A stretch of 64,000 bases of DNA. Source: an uncultured Pseudomonadota bacterium. Its GTDB lineage: Bacteria; Oederibacteriota; Muellerivitia; Muellerivitales; Muellerivitaceae. Every line of letters begins with the position of its first letter. The stretch's first letter is position 1. Below the pieces are notes generated by a model that was given only the letters and a program-made list of their open reading frames with translations, did not search any database and was not told the origin of the DNA. This document shows positions 1 through 10,518 of the stretch, piece by piece. The stretch is from the NCBI GenBank assembly GCA_963843375.1, contig CAWJKT010000009.1, positions 274,218-338,217 on the forward strand, read 5' to 3'. The translations under genes and the position numbers were made by a program.

Positions 1-278
1 AAAACCTTGAGGACGGCAAATCCATCGAGGTGGAATTAGGTCCCTTACCCCTTCTTCTGCATCGCCGGGGTGATCAAGTGTTTGCTACCGGGGTTTATTG
101 CGCCCATCAGGATGTGCGCTTAAACCCAGCCAATTGCGCGGGTGATACCATCCTTTGCACGGCCCATGGATATCGTATGAATATCCGAACAGGGGCCTGC
201 CTTAATGAAGACGACCTCTTTCTACCCACTTATCCAACCTCTATCGAGAATAACGATGTCTGGGTGAAGTTGAGATAA
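1..278 (+). CDS. Rieske (2Fe-2S) ferredoxin-like protein, 5' end probably outside the window
   Basis: CAH...CTAHG Rieske motifs; frame is open back to position 3. Confidence 0.85.
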   Translation, partial: NLEDGKSIEVELGPLPLLLHRRGDQVFATGVYCAHQDVRLNPANCAGDTILCTAHGYRMNIRTGACLNEDDLFLPTYPTSIENNDVWVKLR

Positions 279-282
279 AAGG

Positions 283-1969
283 GTGATAGAATCTCGCCCA
301 CTTGTCCTTAGAAAGGAATTCCGTGTGCTATTCTTCAAACCCTTTGAAAGTTTTTTAAATATCCGTAAGTTATTTTTTGTTTTCTGTTTCATTTTGGCAT
401 CCACCGCCTTGGCGAAGCCAAAGGCTTTTGAATTATATCCGGCAACCAATGATGCCACACCTTCTGCTTATACAAAGGCGGCGCCTGAATATCCAACCAA
501 CGGTAAAAAATGGAAATTTTCCAAGGGCGCACTGGTCAACGTCAAGGTGGATGCTTCCCAGGTATCCAAAGCCATCACACCCTATCAGTTGGGCGGGAAC
601 ATCGATTGGTGGGACGGCAAGGATTGGGCTCTTGATAAAGATCGGATCGAAAAGGTAAAGCAGGCGGGCATCAAGTTTTGGCGCTTCCCGGGGGGGAGCA
701 GTTCAGACAGCTACCATTGGGACGGAAATTACGGCAAACATCTGAAGGAAAGCAGCGGTGGTGACGCAACCCGCATGACCGGACCAGGCATGATTTTGAC
801 GGATGACTTCATCGAATTCTGCCGCCAAACCGGTTCGGAAGCCATTGTGACGGTCAATTATGCTGCCGCCCGCTACGCCAGTCCCCAATACGCGGCGGAT
901 ATGGCCGCCCGTTGGGTGAAATATTTCAACGTCGACAAGAAATTCAAGGTCCGTTATTGGGAAGTTGGGAACGAAGTTTATGGCCCATGGGAAGAGGGTA
1001 ACAAGATGCAGGGTGTTTCCCAACTGACGGGGGAGGTTTATGGCAAGGATTTCAAGGTGATCGCCGCGGCAATGAAAAAAATTGATCCGGATATTTATAT
1101 CGGCGCAGTCGCAGTGGACACGGATGATGGCGCCGATTGGACAGGATTTCACTGGTGGATGAAGGGCCTCCTGCCTCAGCTTCAGGGCAAGGCCGATTAC
1201 TTAATCCTTCATCAGTATTTTATGTGGCCGTTCAACGGCGATGCCTATACCAACCCGAAGAACGAAGTTCTTTTTGGAGACCTTCAAAAGTTGGAAAGCG
1301 CGAAGGAGGCCGAGGAAAAAATGGTCTACAATTACGCTCCCGGGGAAATGGACATTCCAGTAGCCTTGACCGAGTTCAATTTGGTCAACGCCTCTCCCCC
1401 CCAAAGCATTCAACTCATTAATGGTCTTTTCACGGCGGAAGTTTTAGGTGAAGCTGCTAAGACGGGATATGTAGCCACCAACTACTGGGACCTAAAAAAC
1501 GGGCTGGATGGAAAACTTAAGGGCGATATGGCTCTTTTGGCGTCGGGCGATTCTTCGGTGCCGGACAGCGACTCCCCGGCCTTCTTATTATTCTTTCGCC
1601 CTTTGTTCCCGTGCTTTTGGCGACCATTTGGTCGCATCAGAAAGTTCCGATTCACAAGTCAAAGTCTATGCCAGTAAGTTCGCGGGCGGGGAAATCGGCT
1701 TGGTCATCGTCAATGAAGACTCCAAGGCCCGAACCCTCGCTTTGGACCTAAAGGGATTCAGCCCCCAAGGCAAACTGATGGGGTGGATTTTGACGGGCAA
1801 AGACCTTAATGGCAATCAAGTTTCCTGGAACGGTGTGAATGGTCCCCAAGGCGGCGGCGGGCCATTTCCCATCGATTCAATACCGGCCTACCAATTGAAA
1901 TTTAATCCCCAAAAACCGGTTCGATTAAATATTCCGTCCGCATCAGCCTCTGGCGTTATTCTTTATTGA
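283..1969 (+). CDS. Secreted clan GH-A glycoside hydrolase (GH51/alpha-L-arabinofuranosidase-like); one frameshift near 1568
   Basis: RFPGGSSSD, YWEVGNE (acid/base) and TEFN (nucleophile) motifs. ORFs 283-1677 and 1508-1969 together align end to end with the intact paralog at 2034-3653. Start codon uncertain. Confidence 0.8.
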
Positions 1970-2033
1970 TTTCCGAGCTTTCTTCTGAAGGCCTTGGCGT
2001 TTCTGTTATTTTTTCCGTTCGAAAGGGATTGTA

Positions 2034-3653
2034 ATGTTATTGCCACTGATTATTTTGTTCCTGCTGTTGAGCCCATTGGTCCAGGCTGCCGGTCCCAAGC
2101 CTTTTGAGCTTTGGCCGGTCACCAATGATGCCGCCCCGACTACTTTTTCCAAAGTTGCGCCTTCTTTTCAGCCGATCGGAAAACAATGGAAGTTTGCCTA
2201 TGGCCCCAAGGGTTCCGAAATAGAAGTGAAAATCGACGCAACCCAAGTTCTTCACCCAATCACGCCCTATCAATTTGGAAACAACCTGGCTTGGTGGGAC
2301 GGCAAAGGCTGGCTATTGGATCCGGATCGCATTGAAAAAGCGAAAGAAGCCGGAATCCGGTTCTGGCGATGGCCGGGTGGAAGCTCTTCGGATGTATATC
2401 ATTGGGACAACAAATATGACCGGCCCCCCCAGAAGGAAACAAACCCCGCGCACATGAACGAACCTTGGGCTGTTTCTACGGACGATTTCATCGAGTTCTG
2501 TCGTCAGACGGGTTCGGAAGCCATTGTGACGGCCAATTACGCCTCGGCGCGCTACGCCGACGTGCAATATGCGGCGGACATGGCTGCCCGCTGGGTTAAA
2601 TATTTCAATATCGATAAGAAATTCAAAGTCCGTTATTGGGAAATCGGAAATGAGCTTTACGGAAATTGGGAGCAGGGAAACACAACGGATGGAAAACCCC
2701 AACTGACGGGGGATGCTTATGGAAAAGACTTTCAAGTCATCGCGGCGGCGATGAAAAAAGTCGATCCGGATATTTATATCGGGGCTGTAGCGTACGAGAA
2801 GGATGGAACAGGGGAGTGGGATGGACACCATTCTTGGACAAGGACCCTGATGCCTCAATTGCAGGGAAAGGCCGATTTTCTGATTTTGCACCAATATTTC
2901 CTGTGGCCCTTTGATTCCTCGGGTCAAAACTTTACCAGCCCGACCAACGATGTCCTTTTGGGCAATCTGCATGGGCTGGATGACGATAAGGCCTCTTTGG
3001 CCAAAATGGTTGAGGCCTCGGCTCCTTCGGAAAGCGGACTGCCTGTGGCTTTGACGGAGTTTAATTTGATGAACGCCAACGGCCCCCAGGATATCGAGCT
3101 GATAAATGGTATTTATGATGCGGAAGTATTGGGGGAGCATATCAAGGCGGGCTATGTAGCTTCCAATTATTGGGACTGGAAAAACGGTTTGGACAAAAAA
3201 CTTGGTGGTGACATGGCCATGTTGGCTTCGGACGATCCCTCGGAAGCTGATGGCACCCCGCATCCCTCCTATTACACTTACGCCCTTTATTCCCGGGCCT
3301 TCGGCGACAAGATGATCGCCGCGGACAGTTCCGATCCTAGCGTGAAGGTCTATGCCAGCCGATTTGCGGGCGGGGAAGTGGGACTCGTCATTGTGAATGA
3401 GAATGAGAAAAACCAAACCCTGGTTTTTAACTTCAATGGATTTACACCCCAGGGAAAACTCATGGGTTGGGTCCTGACCGGTCAAGATTTGAATGAAAAA
3501 CAGGTTTCATGGAACGGGGAAGCGGGGCCTTTGGGCGGGGGCGGACCCTTTCCCATCAACACGATTCCTCCTTATCGGGGCGCCTTCAAAACCGATAAGC
3601 CTCTTCAACTTCCAATTCAGGCCCGTTCAGTCACAGGAATTATTTTTTACTAA
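2034..3653 (+). CDS. Secreted clan GH-A glycoside hydrolase (GH51-like), tandem paralog
   Basis: Signal peptide; RWPGGSSSD, YWEIGNE, TEFN; beta-sandwich-like C-terminus. Confidence 0.85.
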   Translation: MLLPLIILFLLLSPLVQAAGPKPFELWPVTNDAAPTTFSKVAPSFQPIGKQWKFAYGPKGSEIEVKIDATQVLHPITPYQFGNNLAWWDGKGWLLDPDRIEKAKEAGIRFWRWPGGSSSDVYHWDNKYDRPPQKETNPAHMNEPWAVSTDDFIEFCRQTGSEAIVTANYASARYADVQYAADMAARWVKYFNIDKKFKVRYWEIGNELYGNWEQGNTTDGKPQLTGDAYGKDFQVIAAAMKKVDPDIYIGAVAYEKDGTGEWDGHHSWTRTLMPQLQGKADFLILHQYFLWPFDSSGQNFTSPTNDVLLGNLHGLDDDKASLAKMVEASAPSESGLPVALTEFNLMNANGPQDIELINGIYDAEVLGEHIKAGYVASNYWDWKNGLDKKLGGDMAMLASDDPSEADGTPHPSYYTYALYSRAFGDKMIAADSSDPSVKVYASRFAGGEVGLVIVNENEKNQTLVFNFNGFTPQGKLMGWVLTGQDLNEKQVSWNGEAGPLGGGGPFPINTIPPYRGAFKTDKPLQLPIQARSVTGIIFY

Positions 3654-3668
3654 TTGAGGGAGGGTATT

Positions 3669-5060
3669 GTGGATTCAATTCGTTTTGGAACCGACGGTTG
3701 GCGCGCCAAGATGTCCGAAACCTTTACTTTTCCCAATATCCGCAGGGTGGCTTGCGGTTTGGGCATCACCCTTCGTAAGAAAAAAAAGGCTTCGAGCGTT
3801 TTCATTGGTTATGACACGCGGTTAAATTCGGAGCGTTTTGCCAAGGCGGTTGCGGGTGTTTTGGCTTCCATGGGACACCGGGTCACCCTGGCCTCCCGCC
3901 TTTTGCCGACTCCCGCCCTTTCTTTGGCCGTGAAAGAGAAGAAAGCCGATGCCGGGATCATGATTACGGCCAGCCACAATTCAGGGGCCTATAATGGTTT
4001 CAAGATCAAACTGCCGCCGGGAGTTTCGGCCCCCTCGGAGTTCACTAAACGAGTCGAAAAAAACATTCCTGCCCAAGCACCCGAAGAGGGCCGCCAAAAG
4101 AAAATTAAAAGATCCGATTGGCTTTCCCTTTATTTAAAAGCCCTGAAATCCAAGGTTGACCTTCCCGCCCTTCGTCGTTCGGGACTCAAAGTAGTTGTGG
4201 ATTCCATGCATGGAGTCGGGGAAAAACATTTCGAAAAGCTTGTTTCGGGAGAAAAGACCAAAGTTTTGACCCTTGCTGATCAGAGAGATGACGATTTTGG
4301 GGGACGCCAACCTGAACCAATCGGGCCGAATTTAACCCCTCTTTCCACAGCCATCCGGCAAAACAAGGCGGATATGGGATTCGCCACGGATGGCGACGGC
4401 GATCGGGTTGGAATGATGGATGAAAAAGGCGGGTTTGTGGATGTTCATAAGCTACACGCCATTCTCCTTTATCACCTTTGGGTCTGCCGGGGTCAGAGGG
4501 GAGCGGTGGTGAGGACAGTTTCCGGGACTCTCATGGTGGAAAAGATGGCAAAACGATGGAAGATCCCTCTTTACGAAACTCCTATCGGTTTTAAAAATAT
4601 CGGGGCGGTCATGTTGAAAAAAGACGTCCTTTTGGGCTTAGAGGAAAGCGGTGGCATCGCAGTCAAGGGTCATATTCCTGAGAGGGATGGGCTTCTTTCC
4701 GCGCTTTTGCTGATGGAAGCGCTGGTAACGATGAAAAAATCGGTTACCGAGGCGGTCGCCTTTTTACAAGAGGAATTTGGACCCTTTTATTACAACCGGG
4801 TTGACATGGAAAACATTTCGTTTGATCGCCAACAAAGAATCCTAACCCGTTTGAAAAAAAAGACTCCTGCCCATGTGGCAGGCCACAAAGTTACCGGACT
4901 TCTGACTCTGGATGGCGTGAAACTTAAATTTGAAAATGGCTGGCTTTTGTTCCGGCCCTCCGGCACCGAACCCCTTCTTCGCCTTTATGCCGAAGCCCCT
5001 TCTGAGGAAGAAGTTCAGTCGCTGCTTGAAGCGGCTAAAAAAGAGGCGCTTAAAAGCTAA
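3669..5060 (+). CDS. Phosphoglucomutase/phosphomannomutase family protein
   Basis: FGTDGWR, TASHN, DGDGDR, GLEESG, RPSGTEP motifs. Confidence 0.95.
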   Translation: MDSIRFGTDGWRAKMSETFTFPNIRRVACGLGITLRKKKKASSVFIGYDTRLNSERFAKAVAGVLASMGHRVTLASRLLPTPALSLAVKEKKADAGIMITASHNSGAYNGFKIKLPPGVSAPSEFTKRVEKNIPAQAPEEGRQKKIKRSDWLSLYLKALKSKVDLPALRRSGLKVVVDSMHGVGEKHFEKLVSGEKTKVLTLADQRDDDFGGRQPEPIGPNLTPLSTAIRQNKADMGFATDGDGDRVGMMDEKGGFVDVHKLHAILLYHLWVCRGQRGAVVRTVSGTLMVEKMAKRWKIPLYETPIGFKNIGAVMLKKDVLLGLEESGGIAVKGHIPERDGLLSALLLMEALVTMKKSVTEAVAFLQEEFGPFYYNRVDMENISFDRQQRILTRLKKKTPAHVAGHKVTGLLTLDGVKLKFENGWLLFRPSGTEPLLRLYAEAPSEEEVQSLLEAAKKEALKS

Positions 5061-5129
5061 AGACGTTTCGCGATTGCCAAAGACCCTTTAAACAGCCGTA
5101 AAGACCAAACTATCAAATGTTTTTGCCCG

Positions 5130-5158
5130 TTGACGGGTCATACCCCCTCCCGTAAAAT
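5130..5158 (+). promoter_or_regulatory. Putative sigma70 promoter
   Basis: TTGACG-17 nt-TAAAAT upstream of ATG 5202. Confidence 0.55.
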
Positions 5159-5201
5159 CGATTCTCGCCTGTTATTGTTCCAGCCTTTTGAAGGAGCCGG
5201 A

Positions 5202-6476
5202 ATGTTTTTTTCCAAAGAGGTTTTCTTAAGCGCAGCCCTCTTTTCGTTTTTTACCTTAAACGCTCTTTGGGCGGATCAGGAACAAAGCCAGTATTTTTTT
5301 GATAAGGGCAATATTTATAAGAACGAAAAAAGGATGGAAACGGCCATCCAGTATTATAAAGAATCCCTCGAACAGAATCCCTATAACGCCCAAGCGCATA
5401 ACAATCTCGGGGAGCTTTATGCCCGGAAAAACATGATCGATGACGCCATGGTGCAATTCGACAAGGCGCTCGAACTCCAACCCGGGTATGTGGAGGCCCT
5501 TTCAAACATGTCCTTCGCTTATCTTCAAAAGAAGGGGTTTGTCCAGGCCGTCCTTTACGCCAAAAAAGCCTTGAAGATTGATCCTGAATTTGGCTCGGCC
5601 CATTACAACTTGGGAATGGCCTATTACTTTATGGGTCAATATTCCGCGGCTCTTCTCGAATTGAAACTAGCGGTTCGGTCTTTCCCGGATAACGCTGAAA
5701 TTTATGAGAGGTTGGGGGATGCCTACCGGGCACAAAGCCGTAATGAAGAAGCGGTCGCCTATTACCATCAGGCGATCCGGGTCGATCCCTTGGATGCCAG
5801 CTGCCGGTCCAAATTGGGGGATATTTACCTGGACGAGGACGAGGAGAAAAAAGCGGTTGAACAGTACAAAGCTTCAGAGGATTTGGAGCCTAACAACATT
5901 GAATCACGTTACAAGATGGCGGACTATTATGAAAGTATTCGGGATTGGGACAACGCCCGCAGGGAATATTTATTGATTCTCGCTACCGATGATTTACAGG
6001 CCCGTGCCCACAAACAAGTGGCTTTGATTTTTGAGAGAAATGAACAAGTTGGCTTGGCGCTTTACCACTGGGACAAGTACCTGGAAATCGTACCGAATGA
6101 TCCCGAGGCTAAACAGCATATTAGCGATATCCGAAAGCCCATGTTGACGAAAAAACAAGCTGAGGAAATGGCGAAATTCGATAACAAACTCGCCCAATCC
6201 CATATGCTTCCAACCCCGACGCAAGTTCCCCCTTCTCAAAGCGCAAAACCATCTGCTCCGGTAGTTCAAAGCCAGGACACCACCTCCACGAATACAAGTG
6301 CCACCGTTCCGGACGCGTCTTCGGCCCAAAACCAACAGGCTGGTGCGTCCGCGTCCAATTCGCCGGCGCCCCCGCCCGCTGGAACAGCGCCGACACCCAC
6401 CCCTTCCGCTCAATTAGTGCCGGTGCAAATTGTGATGCCCACTCCCACTTCCGAGATGGGCGTTCTTCCAAAATGA
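5202..6476 (+). CDS. Secreted tetratricopeptide-repeat protein with Pro/Thr/Ser-rich tail
   Basis: Signal peptide; repeated AHNNLG/AHYNLG TPR units; low-complexity C-terminus. Confidence 0.85.
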   Translation: MFFSKEVFLSAALFSFFTLNALWADQEQSQYFFDKGNIYKNEKRMETAIQYYKESLEQNPYNAQAHNNLGELYARKNMIDDAMVQFDKALELQPGYVEALSNMSFAYLQKKGFVQAVLYAKKALKIDPEFGSAHYNLGMAYYFMGQYSAALLELKLAVRSFPDNAEIYERLGDAYRAQSRNEEAVAYYHQAIRVDPLDASCRSKLGDIYLDEDEEKKAVEQYKASEDLEPNNIESRYKMADYYESIRDWDNARREYLLILATDDLQARAHKQVALIFERNEQVGLALYHWDKYLEIVPNDPEAKQHISDIRKPMLTKKQAEEMAKFDNKLAQSHMLPTPTQVPPSQSAKPSAPVVQSQDTTSTNTSATVPDASSAQNQQAGASASNSPAPPPAGTAPTPTPSAQLVPVQIVMPTPTSEMGVLPK

Positions 6477-6589
6477 CGATGGTTGGCGACACCCGACTAT
6501 CCGTTTTCAACAAATAATCGAAATTCATGGCTTGAAAAATTGGTCCGGGATTATGAAGATTGCAGATAATAAATAAAATTGGAGAATCG

Positions 6590-7315
6590 ATGAAATTCGC
6601 CGTTTTGCTTCCGGTTTATAATGAGGCGCCCACCTTGGAAAGGGTTGTGAAAAAGTTAGATTCCTTTAAAGAGGCGGATATCGTCATTGTCGATGATGGT
6701 TCCACGGATGCGACTCCTTCCATTCTGGAACGCCTGGCGGTGAAGGCCATTATCCGGCACCCAGAAAACGTGGGTTATGGAAAGTCCCTGATGGATGGGT
6801 TCGATTTCGCCAAAACAAATGACTACCGCTATTGCGTAACCATGGATGCCGACGAACAACATGAGCCGGGCTTCATTCCCTGCTTACTTGAGCAGCTGGA
6901 AAAATTCGATATTGTTTCCGGGAGCCGTTACCTGAATCCGTTGCTTTCCTCGGATGCGCCGCCGCCCGAGCGTTTGGAAGTCAACCGGGTGATCACCGAG
7001 AAACTGCGCAAGCTGACGGGTTATAACCTCACGGATAGTTTTTGCGGCTTCAAGGGTTATCGGGTTGATGGATTGAGGAAACTCCACTTGACCGAGACGA
7101 ATTATGGATTTCCCATTCAATTTTGGCTCCAGGCGGCTAAAGCCGGATTGAGGGTGACCGAATGCGCTGTTCCCCTGATTTACAAAGACCATAGCCGCAA
7201 CTTTAACAATCAATTTGCCAATCGAGATGAACGTTTAAACCACTATTTACAGGTCATGGAAAGTGAAGCCGAAAAATTAGGCCTTTCTTCTTCTCTTTCC
7301 GCCGTAAAAAAATAG
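6590..7315 (+). CDS. Glycosyltransferase family 2 (DPM1-like, no C-terminal TM)
   Basis: PVYNE, VDDGSTD, MDAD, GSRY, TDSFCGFKGYR motifs. Confidence 0.9.
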   Translation: MKFAVLLPVYNEAPTLERVVKKLDSFKEADIVIVDDGSTDATPSILERLAVKAIIRHPENVGYGKSLMDGFDFAKTNDYRYCVTMDADEQHEPGFIPCLLEQLEKFDIVSGSRYLNPLLSSDAPPPERLEVNRVITEKLRKLTGYNLTDSFCGFKGYRVDGLRKLHLTETNYGFPIQFWLQAAKAGLRVTECAVPLIYKDHSRNFNNQFANRDERLNHYLQVMESEAEKLGLSSSLSAVKK

Positions 7316-7362
7316 AATAAGTAAGCTTTCCATCAAATACCGCCTGTACTAAAGGGTCTCTC

Positions 7363-8952
7363 ATGACCGCACCAACCGATAGGATCCCGAAAGGTCATGG
7401 AGAACTTTATTTTGACCCGCCCCTGGACCAGTGGAAGGAAGAAGCGCTTCGTAACCGGGAAAGATTGGTAAAGGAGTCGTTTTGGGGACAATCGCCTCTC
7501 AAGGTCCGGGCCGCCATGAAACTTCCCACCGACCATCCCTTGATCTTCTCGGGCCACCAGCCGGTTTTTTTCCATCCCGGTCTTTGGGTGAAATGTCTTG
7601 CCGCCAGCACCTTGGCCGAGGCCGTCCAGGGCACGGCCATCCACAAGGTAACGGATACGGCCCTGGTACCGGAACACCTTCACTATATTCCGGAAGTGGA
7701 GGATAACGGCAAATCCCGGAAGAAAATTCTTGAGTTTTTCACCGGCAAGGACCTGAAACAACAGGAAAAAATAACCCCCTATTGTTTTCTTCCGGCTCCC
7801 GATCACACAGCTTTGGATAAGATTTTTTCGGACGCGCAGGTTTATTGTCCTTCCCCCGTCAAGGCCAACATCAAGGAATATGAGGAAAAAATATTAAAGG
7901 GCCTTCAAAAGAACGCCACCTGGAACACTTTCCATCTTTCGGCGTTGCGCATACTGGACCAGCTTTGCGGAACCCAGCGACTTTATTTGGAAGCGAGTAA
8001 AATCTGGACCTTTGAGCCTTTTTATTTTTTTGTGGCCCAATGGCTCAGAAATCTGCCCGAACTGAACGATTGTTACAACCAATCCCTGGATGAATACCGG
8101 AAAAAATACGGCATCACCCATGATTTGGAACCTATGCCAAATCTTAAATTCGAGAATTGGTGGTTTGAGATACCCTTCTGGGGCGCTACGAAATACCATC
8201 AGCGTCATTCCCTCTGGGCCAAGAACGACGGAAAACATATCATCCTGAAGATCAAGGGCGGGGAGGGCACCTATTCTTTATCTCTTGACGATCCCCAAAA
8301 GGACTTGAGCACCCTGAATATCTCAATCTGGCCCAAAGCGATCCCGCAAACCCTTTTTTGCCGCATGTATCTTTGCGACTTTTTTATCCATGGGACCGGG
8401 GGGGCCGTATACGAGGAAGTAGGCGACATGATGTTTTCCAGGTATTTCAAACTGAAGCCGCTTTCTTTCGGCGTGGCGACCGGCACTTACCTGGTGGATC
8501 CGAAGGAAAGTCGCGGAGTGGATATGGTTCTTGCTTACGAGGAAAAAATACTGGCTTGGGAAAGGGCGCTGGAAAAAAATCCAGAATACTTATTTTCCAA
8601 ACAAGAGGACTGGAAACGGGACTTGCCGGTTTTTATGCACCCGGCTTTTCAGGAATGCGCCAACAATCCCGCATTGCAGAAACTGGCCCTTGAAAAAGAC
8701 CGATTAATAGGATTGCTCAAAGACCCAGCCCACCGTGGTCAGGCTTCCGCTAAAATAAAGGATGTTAATTTTGCCCTGTATAACAACTATACGGAAGTGC
8801 TAAAGGTCCTGGAAAAGGGTCTTTTGGATGTTGGCAAAGTCAGAGACACGAAAGAAGTTCTCGCTTTCCGGGAATATCCTTTTTTCTGTTATCCCCCAGA
8901 AATCTTTACTGACATGAAGGAAAAGGTAAGGCTCGCCGCCCATCCAGCGTAA
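7363..8952 (+). CDS. Uncharacterised protein, possibly BshC-like (Rossmann/HUP fold plus coiled coil)
   Basis: SGHQP..FHPGLWVK, FIHGTGGAVY and C-terminal FREYPF fall in the same order as the BshC motifs; 529 aa. Confidence 0.5.
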   Translation: MTAPTDRIPKGHGELYFDPPLDQWKEEALRNRERLVKESFWGQSPLKVRAAMKLPTDHPLIFSGHQPVFFHPGLWVKCLAASTLAEAVQGTAIHKVTDTALVPEHLHYIPEVEDNGKSRKKILEFFTGKDLKQQEKITPYCFLPAPDHTALDKIFSDAQVYCPSPVKANIKEYEEKILKGLQKNATWNTFHLSALRILDQLCGTQRLYLEASKIWTFEPFYFFVAQWLRNLPELNDCYNQSLDEYRKKYGITHDLEPMPNLKFENWWFEIPFWGATKYHQRHSLWAKNDGKHIILKIKGGEGTYSLSLDDPQKDLSTLNISIWPKAIPQTLFCRMYLCDFFIHGTGGAVYEEVGDMMFSRYFKLKPLSFGVATGTYLVDPKESRGVDMVLAYEEKILAWERALEKNPEYLFSKQEDWKRDLPVFMHPAFQECANNPALQKLALEKDRLIGLLKDPAHRGQASAKIKDVNFALYNNYTEVLKVLEKGLLDVGKVRDTKEVLAFREYPFFCYPPEIFTDMKEKVRLAAHPA

Positions 8953-8973
8953 TCCCTCTTCAGGAAAGATCCC

Positions 8974-9426
8974 ATGGAAAAACCTGTTTTAAAAATCGAA
9001 GTATTGCCTGGCCAAGAAGATTTGGGCCTCCCCTCCTATGCCACCGAAGGCGCCGCGGGATTGGATTTAAAAGCGGCCTTGCCCGAACCGCTAACCTTGA
9101 AGCCGGGCGAAAGGGGAGTTGTTCCCACGGGACTTAAAATGGCCATACCCCAAGGGTTTGAAGGCTGTGTGCGGCCCCGCAGTGGACTGGCCATGAAGCA
9201 GGGATTGACCCTGACCAACGCGCCTGGAACCATTGATTCCGATTACCGGGGTGAGGTGAAAGTACTAGTCATCAATTTGGGCCAAGAGCCGGTGGTGTTG
9301 AAAAGGGGAGACCGAATCGCCCAGCTTCTCATTTCCCCCGTGGCCCAAGTCCAAGTGGTCAAGGTGGAACAGGTGAACGATACGGTCCGTGGGACGGGCG
9401 GATTCGGTCATACGGGTATTCAATAA
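8974..9426 (+). CDS. dut: dUTP diphosphatase
   Basis: AGLDL, RPRSGLA, GTIDSDYRGE, RGTGGFGHTG. Confidence 0.97.
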   Translation: MEKPVLKIEVLPGQEDLGLPSYATEGAAGLDLKAALPEPLTLKPGERGVVPTGLKMAIPQGFEGCVRPRSGLAMKQGLTLTNAPGTIDSDYRGEVKVLVINLGQEPVVLKRGDRIAQLLISPVAQVQVVKVEQVNDTVRGTGGFGHTGIQ

Positions 9427-9459
9427 AAATATCTTTAGCTGCGAAAGCGCGTCAAGACT

Positions 9460-10518
9460 ATGAAAAGCATGAACGATATCCGTCCCGTGGGATTTAACCT
9501 GGGAGGCTGGCTTTCCCAATCGACCCTTGAGGACAAACACACCAAAAGCTTTATCAAAAAAGAAGATTTCAAAATCATGGCGGACTGGGGTTTTAATTCC
9601 GTGCGCCTGCCGGTGGATGGCGCCTGGCTTTTTGAGGATGGGGGACTGGGGGCCCTTTCCAAAAAACGGCTCGCCGTGTTGAAAAAAATTTTAAATTGGT
9701 CCAAAGAAGCCGGATTACTCACCATTCTGGATCTGCACCAGATTCCTTGGCATTCCTTCGCGAAGCCCGAACTTGAAAATTTGTGGAAAAACGAGGAAGA
9801 TTTAGACACTTTTTGCCAAGCCTGGGTGGAGTTGGCCCACGCGCTAAAGAGGGTGGATACCCCGATCTGGTTTGATGTCTTGAACGAACCGACGGCCCGA
9901 AATTCCGATGATTGGAACCACGTAGCTTCCCGAATTTATCGTGCTCTTCGCATGGAAGACCCGAAAAGGGTTGTGATGATCGAGTCCGCTTTTTGGGGTT
10001 CCGCCCTCCGGTTGAAGGATTTAGCCGAATCGGTCCAGGGTCCGAACTTGGTTTATAGTTTTCATTTTTATTTGCCAATGCTGATCACGCATCAAAAGGC
10101 CCCCTGGTGGATGGACGGGAAGCCGTACCAAGAGGAAGTGTCTTACCCCGGGCCTATTCCGAAAGCCCAGGAATATCTGGCTGGTGATTTACCGCCGGGT
10201 ACTCGGGAGATTTTGGCTTTCGAGAGCGGTCAGCCCTGGAATAAGGAACGGCTGCGGGAAACGCTTAAGCAAGTGGCCCAGTTATCCAAGGAAGGAAACC
10301 GCCTTTATTGCGGGGAGTTCGGGGTCTTTGAAAAGGTGGCCCGGAAAACCCGGTTGAACTGGGTGAGTGATGTGGTAAGCCTGTTTTCCGAGATGAAAGT
10401 GGGTTGGGCCTATTGGAATTATAAGTGGCTGGATTTCGGGATTTGGCCCCCGGCAGGTGAGGGAAAAACGGGACCCTTGGACGAGGAAATGTTAAACCTA
10501 TTGAAAGCGGGCACCTAA
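9460..10518 (+). CDS. Glycoside hydrolase family 5 (CelC/cellodextrinase-like), no signal peptide
   Basis: GFNLGGWLSQ, VRLP, LNEP (acid/base), CGEFG (nucleophile), WNYK. Confidence 0.9.
   Translation: MKSMNDIRPVGFNLGGWLSQSTLEDKHTKSFIKKEDFKIMADWGFNSVRLPVDGAWLFEDGGLGALSKKRLAVLKKILNWSKEAGLLTILDLHQIPWHSFAKPELENLWKNEEDLDTFCQAWVELAHALKRVDTPIWFDVLNEPTARNSDDWNHVASRIYRALRMEDPKRVVMIESAFWGSALRLKDLAESVQGPNLVYSFHFYLPMLITHQKAPWWMDGKPYQEEVSYPGPIPKAQEYLAGDLPPGTREILAFESGQPWNKERLRETLKQVAQLSKEGNRLYCGEFGVFEKVARKTRLNWVSDVVSLFSEMKVGWAYWNYKWLDFGIWPPAGEGKTGPLDEEMLNLLKAGT

Noticed and set aside
2313..3485. Long antisense ORFs (also 35064-36167, 40106-40792, 44335-44994)
   Set aside because: They are shadows of well-supported genes on the opposite strand and carry no motifs.
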